64,000 nucleotides of DNA, from the IMG/VR virus record IMGVR_UViG_2928595623_000002, positions 1-64,000 of that record. One strand, written 5' to 3'. Under the pieces are notes generated by a model, which was not told where the DNA came from, made no database searches, and saw only the letters and a list, made by a program, of their open reading frames with translations. The position numbers and the translations under genes are program-made. This stretch comes from a virus (lineage: Duplodnaviria > Caudoviricetes). Below are positions 55,502-64,000 of this stretch, in pieces (position 1 is the stretch's first letter; every line of letters starts with the position of its first letter).

Positions 55502-55639
55502 GATTTGTTAACCTCGGTCTGTCAGAGCCTCCGAGCCGCTTTGCGGCCGGGTGCGACGGAATAAGGCTTGTCCTCTGTCGGGCGGGGCCGGACGCCAATC
55601 TAGGCCCGCCACGAGCGAATTAACGCTCGTCACTCGTCA

Positions 55640-56122
55640 TCAAGGCCACGCGAACGGGCACGCGGCTTCCACCTCCTCCAGAAATGCTTCGATTGCCGGC
55701 TGGATCCTTAGGCCTTCGAGTACGCGATCGAGCTCGGCCGCCGAATAGGTCCAGACGGCAGAGCGCCAGGCAAAGAGCGCCTCGGCCTCGGCCGCAAATT
55801 GCATGTTGCCATCGCCGCGATAGGAGATGGCGGAGGCGATCGAATCATAGCCGCGCGATCGGGCTTTTTCGTCCAGCATCGACTGGATCACTGCACCATA
55901 GGCGGCGCGCGCCTCGGCGGCGGTAATGGGCTGGATATAGGCGACCAGGACTGGCGGGTTGGACGAGACATCGACGCGCATGCAATCGGGGTCGACCTCC
56001 TGCTCAGTCTGAAAAATGGCACGGCCGGTATCTTCCACATGGGCCTCCGCCCAGGTCAGGCTCGGGCCGGATAGGCAGCGGACTATCTCGCCGGTCGCGC
56101 TGTCATAGACGAGAAAATTCAT
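55640..56122 (-). CDS. Tail fibre assembly-like protein
   Basis: LD..AR.RGYD..SA.SY...WR.AVW. Confidence 0.75.
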   Translation of the reverse strand: MNFLVYDSATGEIVRCLSGPSLTWAEAHVEDTGRAIFQTEQEVDPDCMRVDVSSNPPVLVAYIQPITAAEARAAYGAVIQSMLDEKARSRGYDSIASAISYRGDGNMQFAAEAEALFAWRSAVWTYSAAELDRVLEGLRIQPAIEAFLEEVEAACPFAWP

Positions 56123-56125
56123 GGC

Positions 56126-57010
56126 TCACCTCCGGTGCGTGGTGCCGCTTAGATAACTGCGATTGATCGATTGGCCGGCTGCCGTAGCGGTGACATAAAG
56201 CCGAAATGTCGTGGAGGCGCCCGATAGCGAGGCCTTGGCGATGGTCCGCGAGACTTCGAAGAAATCGGCCGCGCTCTTTTGTACTGTCGGCCAGATGAAA
56301 TAGCTGTTGCCTGAGCCGTCGCGCAGTTCGACGGTGAACGTCGCCGTCGCTCCGCTGGTGTTTTTGAAACCCAGATGGATCTCGACTGCATCGCAATCGG
56401 AGCCATGTTCGACCAGCACAGACTCGACGAGGACCTCGGTGGTACCGATCGTCTTGGCGGTATTGGTCGCCGACTGATAGCGCTGGACGAATTCCTGTGA
56501 CAACACCTTGGAGAGTACGATTGCATTCTCGGCGATGAAGCCGGTGACGGCGAGACCTTGGGTGACCGTTACCCCCGCGTCATTGTTCGGTCGCTTTTCC
56601 GACCGCCTACCTGATTTTGAGACCAGAACCACCCAGTATTTATAGGTGAAGCCGAAAAGGCCTGAGCCTCCAGTTTGCCCATAGTTGATGAAGGAACAGC
56701 CATAGGCGGGGTATTCGCCGAACAAGGTCACGGAGGTATTGTAATCTAGGCCCGTGCCGCCATCAGTTATGATCAGTGCGTGATCATAGTCTTCATCGGC
56801 CGGGACATCCCATGCCAGGACATGGCAACCACGGCCAGAAAACCCGAAAAAATTGACTGCAGGTACTACGGTATTGTTGCGCTTAGGCGGTTTGACACCA
56901 ACGCTCGTATAGTCTGACCAGGCTCCGACTATGTTGATGAATGAAAGCGCGCGGCATCGTGCTTTATGGTATTTCAGGGCGCTGGCCTTGAAGTCGGTAG
57001 TCAGGTCCAC
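56126..57010 (-). pseudogene. C-terminal remnant of a tail tip/fibre gene
   Basis: Beta-rich, lower GC, abuts truncated upstream gene. Confidence 0.5.
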
Positions 57011-57369
57011 CGAGATAAAAGATCGCCATCTGGTATATTGTAGGCGCGGGCGGCATTGATCATCGCCGAGTTGAGGCTTGAAACCGGTATCGAGACCTTG
57101 CGGACCTTGAGCGACATTTCCATCGGGATCGACGGGATTTTGATCCGGTCGCCGATGCCATGATAGACCCGGTTGACCACGGCTCCTGTGTCCGGCCGGA
57201 TGACCGGCACCGTCATGGCCGTCTGGCCGGTCCAGATCCCGATCGTCTCTTTGACCGAGGTCAGCTTGTTGATGCCGGTCAGCCAGATGAAATAGCGCGG
57301 GATGATGATGCCGGTCGATCGGGCAGCCTGCAGCGCTGCATAAGTGTTTGTCGATACCGAAAGCACCAT
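57001..57369 (-). pseudogene. Probably truncated minor tail protein
   Basis: G.WTG...V.RVY.G motif; ends abruptly. Confidence 0.55.
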
Positions 57370-58028
57370 CAGAACACCTGCACCATCTTGAGGCTGCCGC
57401 CGGGTGTCAGCTGGCCCTGACCGGTGCCCGCCTCATAGCCGTTGGCGATAAGCCGCCAGAGCGGCGACGGCCGCGCAAACTCGACGATATCGTTGACCGC
57501 AAGGCCCGGGCTTACATGAGGCCGCACGCTCACCCAGCCCAACGTCTCGCCGGCACCATTGGCCTGCGCATCTGAGGTGATGCGATGATAGGCGCGGTGG
57601 ACCGGATCGGTGCCGATATCGGCATGCCAGCGGTCGCCGGCTGTGAGCTGGTAGCCGCCGGGAAGCCCCTTGAACCGGACGCGCTTGTTATCGGCGGCAA
57701 TCTCGGCGATCCTGCAGGTGCCCGTATGCGCCTTGATGATGGTACCGCCCGGATCGGCGATCGGATATTGCAGACGCGGGTCGTACATATAAAACCGACC
57801 GATCACGCCGTCGAGCATCTCGATGCGGGCCTGGGCGGCGGCGGCCTGGGCGTGGGTCAGCTTGGGGTCGATCGTGATTTCGGCCCGCCAGACCGGATCG
57901 GCAAGATCGGCCGCGAGATCGTCGCCGGCACCGGTCTTTCCGGAATCCTCCTGATAATACTGGATCCACATTTTAACCTGGTAGTAGTCCAGCTGGTTGG
58001 CCAGATCCTGCAAGCTCAAGGTCGCCAT
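57369..58028 (-). CDS. Distal tail protein
   Basis: Follows TMP; FY.YDPR..YP.ADP.G. Confidence 0.75.
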   Translation of the reverse strand: MATLSLQDLANQLDYYQVKMWIQYYQEDSGKTGAGDDLAADLADPVWRAEITIDPKLTHAQAAAAQARIEMLDGVIGRFYMYDPRLQYPIADPGGTIIKAHTGTCRIAEIAADNKRVRFKGLPGGYQLTAGDRWHADIGTDPVHRAYHRITSDAQANGAGETLGWVSVRPHVSPGLAVNDIVEFARPSPLWRLIANGYEAGTGQGQLTPGGSLKMVQVF

Positions 58029-58029
58029 A

Positions 58030-61000
58030 TCAGCCGCTCCATCTCGCATTCGGATCGCGGCGCCAGGCCTCAATCATTTCGGGGAACGATGCCACCCAGG
58101 CGCGATCGCGCTCCTCAAGAGCGGCGCGCGTGCCCTCATTGGCCTGGCGCAGGATCTCCTCGTTGGTGGTGCCGTAGATGTGGAGCGTGTGCGACGTCGA
58201 TAGCGCCATGCGCATCTCGCCGCCGGATTGACGCACCGCGCGCGGTACCACGTTACGGACGCCGAGGCGTCCATCGGCGCCGCGCGCCAGCGGCATGATT
58301 GCCTCTTCGCCGGCCTCGCCCATCAGGCCTGTGCGACCGCGTGACATCGGAAAGAATGTCGGCCGATCGACGACACCGCCATTGGCGAAAGCAACGACGG
58401 AGCCCGAAGAGAAGGCAGCACCATCCGCAAAGAGGTTCGAAAAGATGCTGCTGAAGATCGACGAGATCGCCGAACCGATCCCGGAAACAGCGCCGCCGAT
58501 GCCGGAGATCAGCCCGGAGAACAGGCCACCGGTCGAGTTGATTGTCGTTGCCGGCGCGGGTGTCTGAGCCGGCAGCGCCTGGCTCGTCTTGTTGATCGAT
58601 GACAGCAACGATCCGGAGCCGTCCGTAAGAGCCTTGGACGCATCGACCGAGGAGGATGCCATTTTGTCGACATTGGCGGCGGCATTGGTGCTGGTGGTCG
58701 AAAGCTTGGCCAGCTGGCCGTTGAACTTGTCGACATATTGCCGGCCGGTCGTCCCCAGCACGTCAGCCGAGTTGGCACCCTGTGCCTGCGGTCGGCCGGT
58801 AAACCAGACCGAGGCCGCGTCCTGCGGGGTGCCGTATTTCGCCATCGATGCCGAAAACTGCTGGTTAAAGACAGCATCCTGTGCCGCCGGATTTGCCAGA
58901 AACTGGTCGGGCGTCATGCGCTGGCCGAGCGCCTGCTCGGTCCATGGGCCGATATTGTTGCCCATGACCTGATATTTGCCATAGGCGCGGTCGCCATTGG
59001 TCCAGGGACCGAGGGCGCCATAGTTGCCGCCGCTCTCGATCGCTGCGATCGCCTGCTGGTACATTGCCATGTTGCCGGTCGTCGCAGCGGCAATGTTGGT
59101 GTTGGCGGCATTGCCAAAGAGCGAGGTTGTGCCAAGTCCCGGCAGGCCGAGCGGCGAACCATTGATCATCACCGTGCCGGCGGTCACGGTCATGGCGGCC
59201 GTCGAGGTGGTCGAGAGCGGGCTTGCACTCTTGCCGGCGAATAGGTCGCCAAGCGTCGGCAGATTGGTGCCGAGCAGGTTGTTTTTAAGTGGATTGGCAA
59301 AGGCCAGCTGCTGGAATGTCGTCAGCAGCGTCGAGGTCACGGATTTGAGGCTGTCTTTCAGCGATCCGGTCCCGACCACCAGCGAGTCGATCGCGCTGGA
59401 GCCTGCATTCTGCACCGTCGACCAGGCGCCTTGCTGGCGCTCCAGTTCGAGCTTGAGGTTGGCCATCTGGGCCGCATTGGTGCGAAGCTGCTCGGCCTCT
59501 TTCGACATGGTCGCGAGGCCAAGTTCGCGGATCTTGATTTCGGCCTCATAGGCGGCAATGGCGCGCGCCCGCTCGTCGGCCGATTTGCCGACCAGCGAGA
59601 TTTCGAGCTCGAGGCGGCCGATACTGTCGCTTTGGGTCTTGAGATAGTCCTGTTGCTTCTTGATCTCGCGCTCGAGCTCATCGGCCGCCCGCTTGCGCTC
59701 CTGCTCGAGCTTCTTGTTGAGCTCTTCGTTTGGGTCATAGTCGAGGCTGTTCGGGCGGCTTGCCGGCACGGCGGGCACGGTCAGTTGACCGTCCGAGTTG
59801 ATGACGGTCGGGCTTTCGTTTTCGATCCGGAGGCGGGCGTCCCGGTAGACCCGTTCGATTTCGCGGACGCCGGCCTCGGTGCGACCGAGCGTCGAGCCGA
59901 GGAGGTCATTATAGATCTTGTCGAGATTGGCCTTGTCGTTGGCCGTGACCATGTTGCCGATGCCATCGGACATGGCCTTGAGCTGCGCGGCGTGATCACC
60001 ACCGGCGACGCGGTTTTGAATGGTTTCGAGCTCGCGGTACTTGTTGGCCAGATCAACGAGCTTATCGCCCAACAGGATGACCTGGTCGGCCTGGCGCTGG
60101 AAGCCGGATTGCTGGCCAAGTTTTTCCACCTCGGCCTGGAAGGCGGCGAGATCCGGTTTGATCCCCGTTGCGATCTGAGCCCGCAATTTGTTGATCGGGC
60201 CGGAGAAGGCCTCGAACCCGGAACCAACCTGCAGAGCGTCTTCTGCCATCGCCCGCAATTGCTCTGCGAACGCATGGACATCGCCGCTGGCGCCGGCCAT
60301 CTTGAGCGACGTTGTAACCGCCTCATCGATCTTCGCATTGAAACCGTCGAGGTCGGCTGCGCCTGCGGCGGCTGTATCGAGCAGGTACCGGATCGAGTCG
60401 GCAAAGACCTTGTTTGTTTCTGCCGCCCTGGCCAGCGCACCGAGATCGCCGGTCGTGCCGTTCGTTGCGTCTGTGGCCCCTTCGGCAACAGCCGCAAACA
60501 TTGCCGCATATTGCTCGCGCATTGCGGAACTCAGGCTCGTGAGGCTGTTGCGCAGCGAGGCGTCGGAAAAACTGTCGCTCGGCCCGAAATTAGCGCTCCT
60601 GGCCAACTCGCCATAGGTCGCCTTCAGCGCATCGAGCGTTGCCCGATGCTTGTCGAGCGCCGCTTCAAAATTGTCGACGCCTTCCTCGCCGGATGCGAAC
60701 CACTGCGCTGCCGCCGTACCGAGTGCGATCGAGCCGATCGTCAGCAGGCTCATAGGCGAGATCAGCGAGGTTAGCGCCGCGCCGATGCCCTTGATTGGCG
60801 AGTCCATCGACGCGAAGACCGCCGACAACTGGGTACCCTGCTGAAGCGCAATCTGGAGCGGCGACATCCCCATGGCGGCTGAGACGCCGATATCCTGAAA
60901 CTGGGCGGCAATATTGGCCGTCTGAAACCCTTGTGCGCCGCTGACGGCTTGGCCAGGCATGGCGGCAACCGCAGCATTGCGACCACGGATCGCGGCGATC

Positions 61001-61377
61001 GACGCATTGGCTGCAGCCCGTTCGCGCTCCATCGCAGCTGTCATTTCCGAGGCCGAGATCGCTCCGATCTTGTGGGCATCACGGATCGCCGCGACCTCTG
61101 TGCGATAGCGCTGCACGGCAGCGAAGAGCGGATTGTACCTGGCGCGCAGCGCGTCCATCTGAGCGCCGTAGGCGGCGAGATCGTCGGCGCGCAGATTGCT
61201 GTTGGCGCCAATGTTCCGGACACCGGTTTCCGCCTCGATCATCGCCTGGATGGATCGTGCCGTCTTCTGGGCGGTCTGGCCGACCTTGTCGATCGCGCGT
61301 TCGGCCTCGGCGCCGCCAGCCTTGGCGCCGCTGGCATCCGCGCCGATCAGGATCGACAGTTTCATAGCCTGGGTCAT
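58030..61377 (-). CDS. Tape measure protein with lysozyme-like domain
   Basis: AAQFQDIGV..QQGTQ; IESGGNY..AYGKYQ; GEAGEEAIMPL. Confidence 0.93.
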   Translation of the reverse strand: MTQAMKLSILIGADASGAKAGGAEAERAIDKVGQTAQKTARSIQAMIEAETGVRNIGANSNLRADDLAAYGAQMDALRARYNPLFAAVQRYRTEVAAIRDAHKIGAISASEMTAAMERERAAANASIAAIRGRNAAVAAMPGQAVSGAQGFQTANIAAQFQDIGVSAAMGMSPLQIALQQGTQLSAVFASMDSPIKGIGAALTSLISPMSLLTIGSIALGTAAAQWFASGEEGVDNFEAALDKHRATLDALKATYGELARSANFGPSDSFSDASLRNSLTSLSSAMREQYAAMFAAVAEGATDATNGTTGDLGALARAAETNKVFADSIRYLLDTAAAGAADLDGFNAKIDEAVTTSLKMAGASGDVHAFAEQLRAMAEDALQVGSGFEAFSGPINKLRAQIATGIKPDLAAFQAEVEKLGQQSGFQRQADQVILLGDKLVDLANKYRELETIQNRVAGGDHAAQLKAMSDGIGNMVTANDKANLDKIYNDLLGSTLGRTEAGVREIERVYRDARLRIENESPTVINSDGQLTVPAVPASRPNSLDYDPNEELNKKLEQERKRAADELEREIKKQQDYLKTQSDSIGRLELEISLVGKSADERARAIAAYEAEIKIRELGLATMSKEAEQLRTNAAQMANLKLELERQQGAWSTVQNAGSSAIDSLVVGTGSLKDSLKSVTSTLLTTFQQLAFANPLKNNLLGTNLPTLGDLFAGKSASPLSTTSTAAMTVTAGTVMINGSPLGLPGLGTTSLFGNAANTNIAAATTGNMAMYQQAIAAIESGGNYGALGPWTNGDRAYGKYQVMGNNIGPWTEQALGQRMTPDQFLANPAAQDAVFNQQFSASMAKYGTPQDAASVWFTGRPQAQGANSADVLGTTGRQYVDKFNGQLAKLSTTSTNAAANVDKMASSSVDASKALTDGSGSLLSSINKTSQALPAQTPAPATTINSTGGLFSGLISGIGGAVSGIGSAISSIFSSIFSNLFADGAAFSSGSVVAFANGGVVDRPTFFPMSRGRTGLMGEAGEEAIMPLARGADGRLGVRNVVPRAVRQSGGEMRMALSTSHTLHIYGTTNEEILRQANEGTRAALEERDRAWVASFPEMIEAWRRDPNARWSG

Positions 61378-61757
61378 TGTTCGACCTCATTCAAAACGGG
61401 CAGGGCAGCGGCTTCCATGACCCGAACATTTTCCCAGATGTCTTTCGACCAGGACTCGAGGCGGGCGATGACGTCGACAGCGGAATAATCGAGCCCCAGC
61501 CAGAAGAGACCGGCCATTGTGCCGCTGACGCGCCATTGCGTTTCGCAGCCAAGGAAGGCGATGAGCGATGGCCAATTGGCAGGATGGATCGGCATCCGGT
61601 CGGTCTCCTCGTCGCGGGTTTGGGGTTTGCGCGGGATCTGCAGGCCCCAGGCGGCTAAATCTGACCTCATCTGATCGTTGAGCTTGACAGCCTTGGCTCG
61701 ATCGGCGCGGCCGCACTTGGCATGAGCCCAGGCAGCGGCCGCCTCGGTTAGTTTTTT
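61374..61757 (-). CDS. Tail chaperone GT extension (DUF1799-like) via -1 frameshift
   Basis: A AAA AAC at 61757-61751; TQWR...GLDY. Confidence 0.8.
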   Translation of the reverse strand, partial: KKLTEAAAAWAHAKCGRADRAKAVKLNDQMRSDLAAWGLQIPRKPQTRDEETDRMPIHPANWPSLIAFLGCETQWRVSGTMAGLFWLGLDYSAVDVIARLESWSKDIWENVRVMEAAALPVLNEVEQ

Positions 61758-62158
61758 CTCAGGCCCTCGCCGGAGGCCATCGCCTGATAGGCATCGAAAA
61801 TTGCCTTGCGAATGTGCGGGCGCTTTAGCGCCTGGCGCAGGATGGCCTCGGAAAACGGCACTTCTGCCTTGCGTTCATCCTGGATGCCGCGCCAGTCCGA
61901 GATCACGCCAACGAAACTGTCATCATCGAACTGCTCGATTGCCCGCATGCGCTCGTTGGCGGAACTGAGCGAGGTTACGGACGCATCGCCCTCGATGAGC
62001 CGGGCGCGGGCATCATTCTGAGCGCGGGCCTCGTCACGATCGAGCAGCCGGAACAGCACTTCGAACTCATAATCGGCAAAGTGACCCGGGATGGTTTCGT
62101 CCGGCTCGCTCACCTTGACCGGCCACCAGGCCTTGATCTCTTTTTTCAACACAAACAT
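61748..62158 (-). CDS. Tail assembly chaperone
   Basis: WWPVKV; ends RKN at the slippery site. Confidence 0.82.
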   Translation of the reverse strand: MFVLKKEIKAWWPVKVSEPDETIPGHFADYEFEVLFRLLDRDEARAQNDARARLIEGDASVTSLSSANERMRAIEQFDDDSFVGVISDWRGIQDERKAEVPFSEAILRQALKRPHIRKAIFDAYQAMASGEGLRKN

Positions 62159-62215
62159 TTCAGGACCTCAAAAGACGTTTAAAGGGGGAATGAAGCCGGT
62201 TTGAGCCGGCACCCA

Positions 62216-62483
62216 TCACTTGCAGACGATGGTCAGTTCGTTGTTGCCGGCGGCGCCGGGCTGCAGGATCAGCGGCAATGTGTCGGTGAGGATCTTCTGG
62301 GACTGGCCAATCTTGGTGCGACCGATCTGGGTTTTGGGGCAGTTGATCCGGACGATGTTGCCGGCAACGGTGCCATGTTCGAAGAACATCATCCCGGTCG
62401 TGTGGGCCTTGGCGATCGCCAGCCAGTTCACTTCGCCGATCAATGCTGCCTCCAGCACGACTTCACCGGTGACGCGGCGGTCA
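62216..62483 (-). pseudogene. C-terminal fragment of major tail tube gene
   Basis: DRRVTG...HGTVAGNIV...GNNELTI; 5' part missing. Confidence 0.75.
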
Positions 62484-62745
62484 GGCGGTCATCGATCGTG
62501 CGGATCGCGCGGTGGATCGACTCCCGAGAACGACCGCTATGTTCGGCGATCCGCCGCCTGGGCCATGCGAAGAACTGGTTCATCAGGTGGATGACGATCT
62601 GGCGGGCGAGCGCTGCGTCGAAATATTCATGGGGCGGCTCGATGATCTGCCGAACGGTCAGATGCGGAAAGGACTCTCGAACGGCGATGTAGCTGCAGGT
62701 GATATGCAGGCTATAGCGTTCGTCTGAGGAATGGACGTTGATCAT
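62484..62745 (-). pseudogene. HTH early gene truncated at deletion junction
   Basis: AALARQI..HL...RRIA...RSRESI; fused to tail DNA. Confidence 0.6.
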
Positions 62746-63032
62746 TTCAGCACCGCGATTTCCGAAAGCGCCCAGAGCCCGAGAGCAAGATCCACCAGGA
62801 CCACGCCGAAGATGAGCGAGAACAGGCAGCCCTGGTTCTGGCTCGACGGGCTGAAATGGTTGTCGATTTCGCCATGTCGTTTCGACATTGGCGCCGCTGA
62901 GCGAATGCGCGATGTTTGCCGGGTGGCGAGGCCATCGACGACGGACAGCCGGGGCTGAATGATGGCCCTGCCGGTCGGGGAAGCCCGGTACCGGATGCCA
63001 AAGGCTAGAACGGCGCAAAGGTCTCGCCACAT
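62742..63032 (-). CDS. Hypothetical membrane protein
   Basis: C-terminal TM helix; follows ner. Confidence 0.45.
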   Translation of the reverse strand: MWRDLCAVLAFGIRYRASPTGRAIIQPRLSVVDGLATRQTSRIRSAAPMSKRHGEIDNHFSPSSQNQGCLFSLIFGVVLVDLALGLWALSEIAVLK

Positions 63033-63033
63033 A

Positions 63034-63348
63034 TCAAGCAGCCTCCAGCGAAGGCGGGCGGCGGCTGTGCCGATAGTTCGCGGTGGGCTGGGGCGCCAGG
63101 CGACGACCATCGGCATGATACCGCGACCGCCAAAGCAGTTCCGGCCGGGTCTTGAGCGCGGCGGCGATCGCCCGCTCGCCGGCAAGGTGAGGCTCGTGGA
63201 CCGCATTTCCTGCGGTACCGGAAGGGAGGTTATAGGCCTTGTCGATGTCGGAGAGGGTTAGCTTGGCTACAATGAGCTTGGACTTGATGCGGGCAACCTC
63301 TTCGAGGCGGCGCCGTTCGGCCTTGTCGTCGTGTGCAACGGAGGGCAT
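63034..63348 (-). CDS. ner: Ner/SfsB-like DNA-binding protein
   Basis: GERAIAAAL...P..LW.SRY. Confidence 0.85.
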   Translation of the reverse strand: MPSVAHDDKAERRRLEEVARIKSKLIVAKLTLSDIDKAYNLPSGTAGNAVHEPHLAGERAIAAALKTRPELLWRSRYHADGRRLAPQPTANYRHSRRPPSLEAA

Positions 63349-63475
63349 AAGTAATCCTTAATCCAGATTGGGAGGCCCTGGCCGGCCTCCTTTTTTGGGC
63401 TGTTGAAATCTGCGAACACAGAAAGGACTACTCCAAAAATGGGTATTTAACAACCCTGTTTTTGGGTTATTTTGA

Positions 63476-63991
63476 ATGGGCGACGATAAGAACAATCTGA
63501 AATTGATCGGAGATCGGCTGACCTTGGTAAGGAAGACGCGCGGCTTTCCGTCTCGCGAGGCCTTCGCTGAGGCATTCGGAATCCCAAAGAGAACGCTTGA
63601 AAAATACGAGCAAGGCGTATCGGAATTGCCCACAAGGCTGCAGCAGTGGCTTGCAACTGTTCATGGCGTCAATCTGACGTGGTTGATGACTGGAGCGGGA
63701 GACATGTTCGATGATCCGTCCAAAGCCCCGCCGCCGGCTGCCAATTTCGATATCGTTCTACTCCAAAAGCTGCACGACGCAGTTCAGGCCGTCTATGTCG
63801 AGTGCAAGCGAACGCCGCCGCCGCGCGCGATCACGGCTGATGCGGGCGAGCTCTATAACGAGTTGCTCGGGATGGTCGGGGATATTCGGGACAAGGCCGT
63901 CGTAACAGCAGTCATTCCGATCTTGCGGGACCGTTTCAAGGAACGGATCTCCAAAGCCGAGCCAGGGTCGACCAAAGCCGTGGGCTCATGA
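63476..63991 (+). CDS. XRE HTH repressor of the Mu-like prophage
   Basis: IGDRL..VR; FAEAFGI..RTL.KYEQG; NLTWLMTG. Confidence 0.85.
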   Translation: MGDDKNNLKLIGDRLTLVRKTRGFPSREAFAEAFGIPKRTLEKYEQGVSELPTRLQQWLATVHGVNLTWLMTGAGDMFDDPSKAPPPAANFDIVLLQKLHDAVQAVYVECKRTPPPRAITADAGELYNELLGMVGDIRDKAVVTAVIPILRDRFKERISKAEPGSTKAVGS

Positions 63992-64000
63992 TCGTACTGC

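Larger units (their letters stand above)
52671..64000 (-). mobile_element. Deleted Mu-like transposable prophage remnant
   Basis: Divergent repressor/ner, siphoviral tail genes, Dam at mom position, TGT terminus with repeated motifs; no transposase or head genes. Confidence 0.8.

Noticed and set aside
55640-62483. Domesticated tailocin
   Set aside because: Tail tube gene is 5'-truncated, tip genes are broken and there is no lysis cassette

Overview
This window holds two adjacent prophages in what looks like a Rhizobiaceae-type alphaproteobacterium (inferred from gene content). (1) From 1 to ~52429 is an apparently near-complete lambdoid siphovirus prophage. It carries a tyrosine integrase, an early-left operon (HNH nucleases, NinB-like, SSB, ERF, exonuclease), a cI/cro switch with 17-bp operators, and an early-right operon (methyltransferases, RusA, replication genes, NusG-like antiterminator). 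These are followed by tRNA-Arg(UCU), head and tail genes, an antirepressor/moron island, an SGNH tailspike and a lysis cassette. It ends at an attR matching a tRNA 3' end; attL lies left of the window. (2) From 52671 to beyond 64000 is an inverted, heavily deleted Mu-like transposable prophage remnant (repressor, Ner, tail genes, Dam, end-proximal accessory genes), inserted into the integrase gene of a third element. The most unusual items are: a ~0.8 kb array of stem-closed structured RNA cassettes, including a tRNA mimic, at the head of the late operon; a ~350-nt highly structured non-coding element in the lambda rexAB position; and a small beta-rich protein paired with a (Gly-Tyr)n low-complexity protein as the first genes of pL. 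Also notable are repeated gene-junction sequences and two homing-endonuclease insertions. All family assignments come from motif recognition and synteny by eye; no database search or folding program was run.
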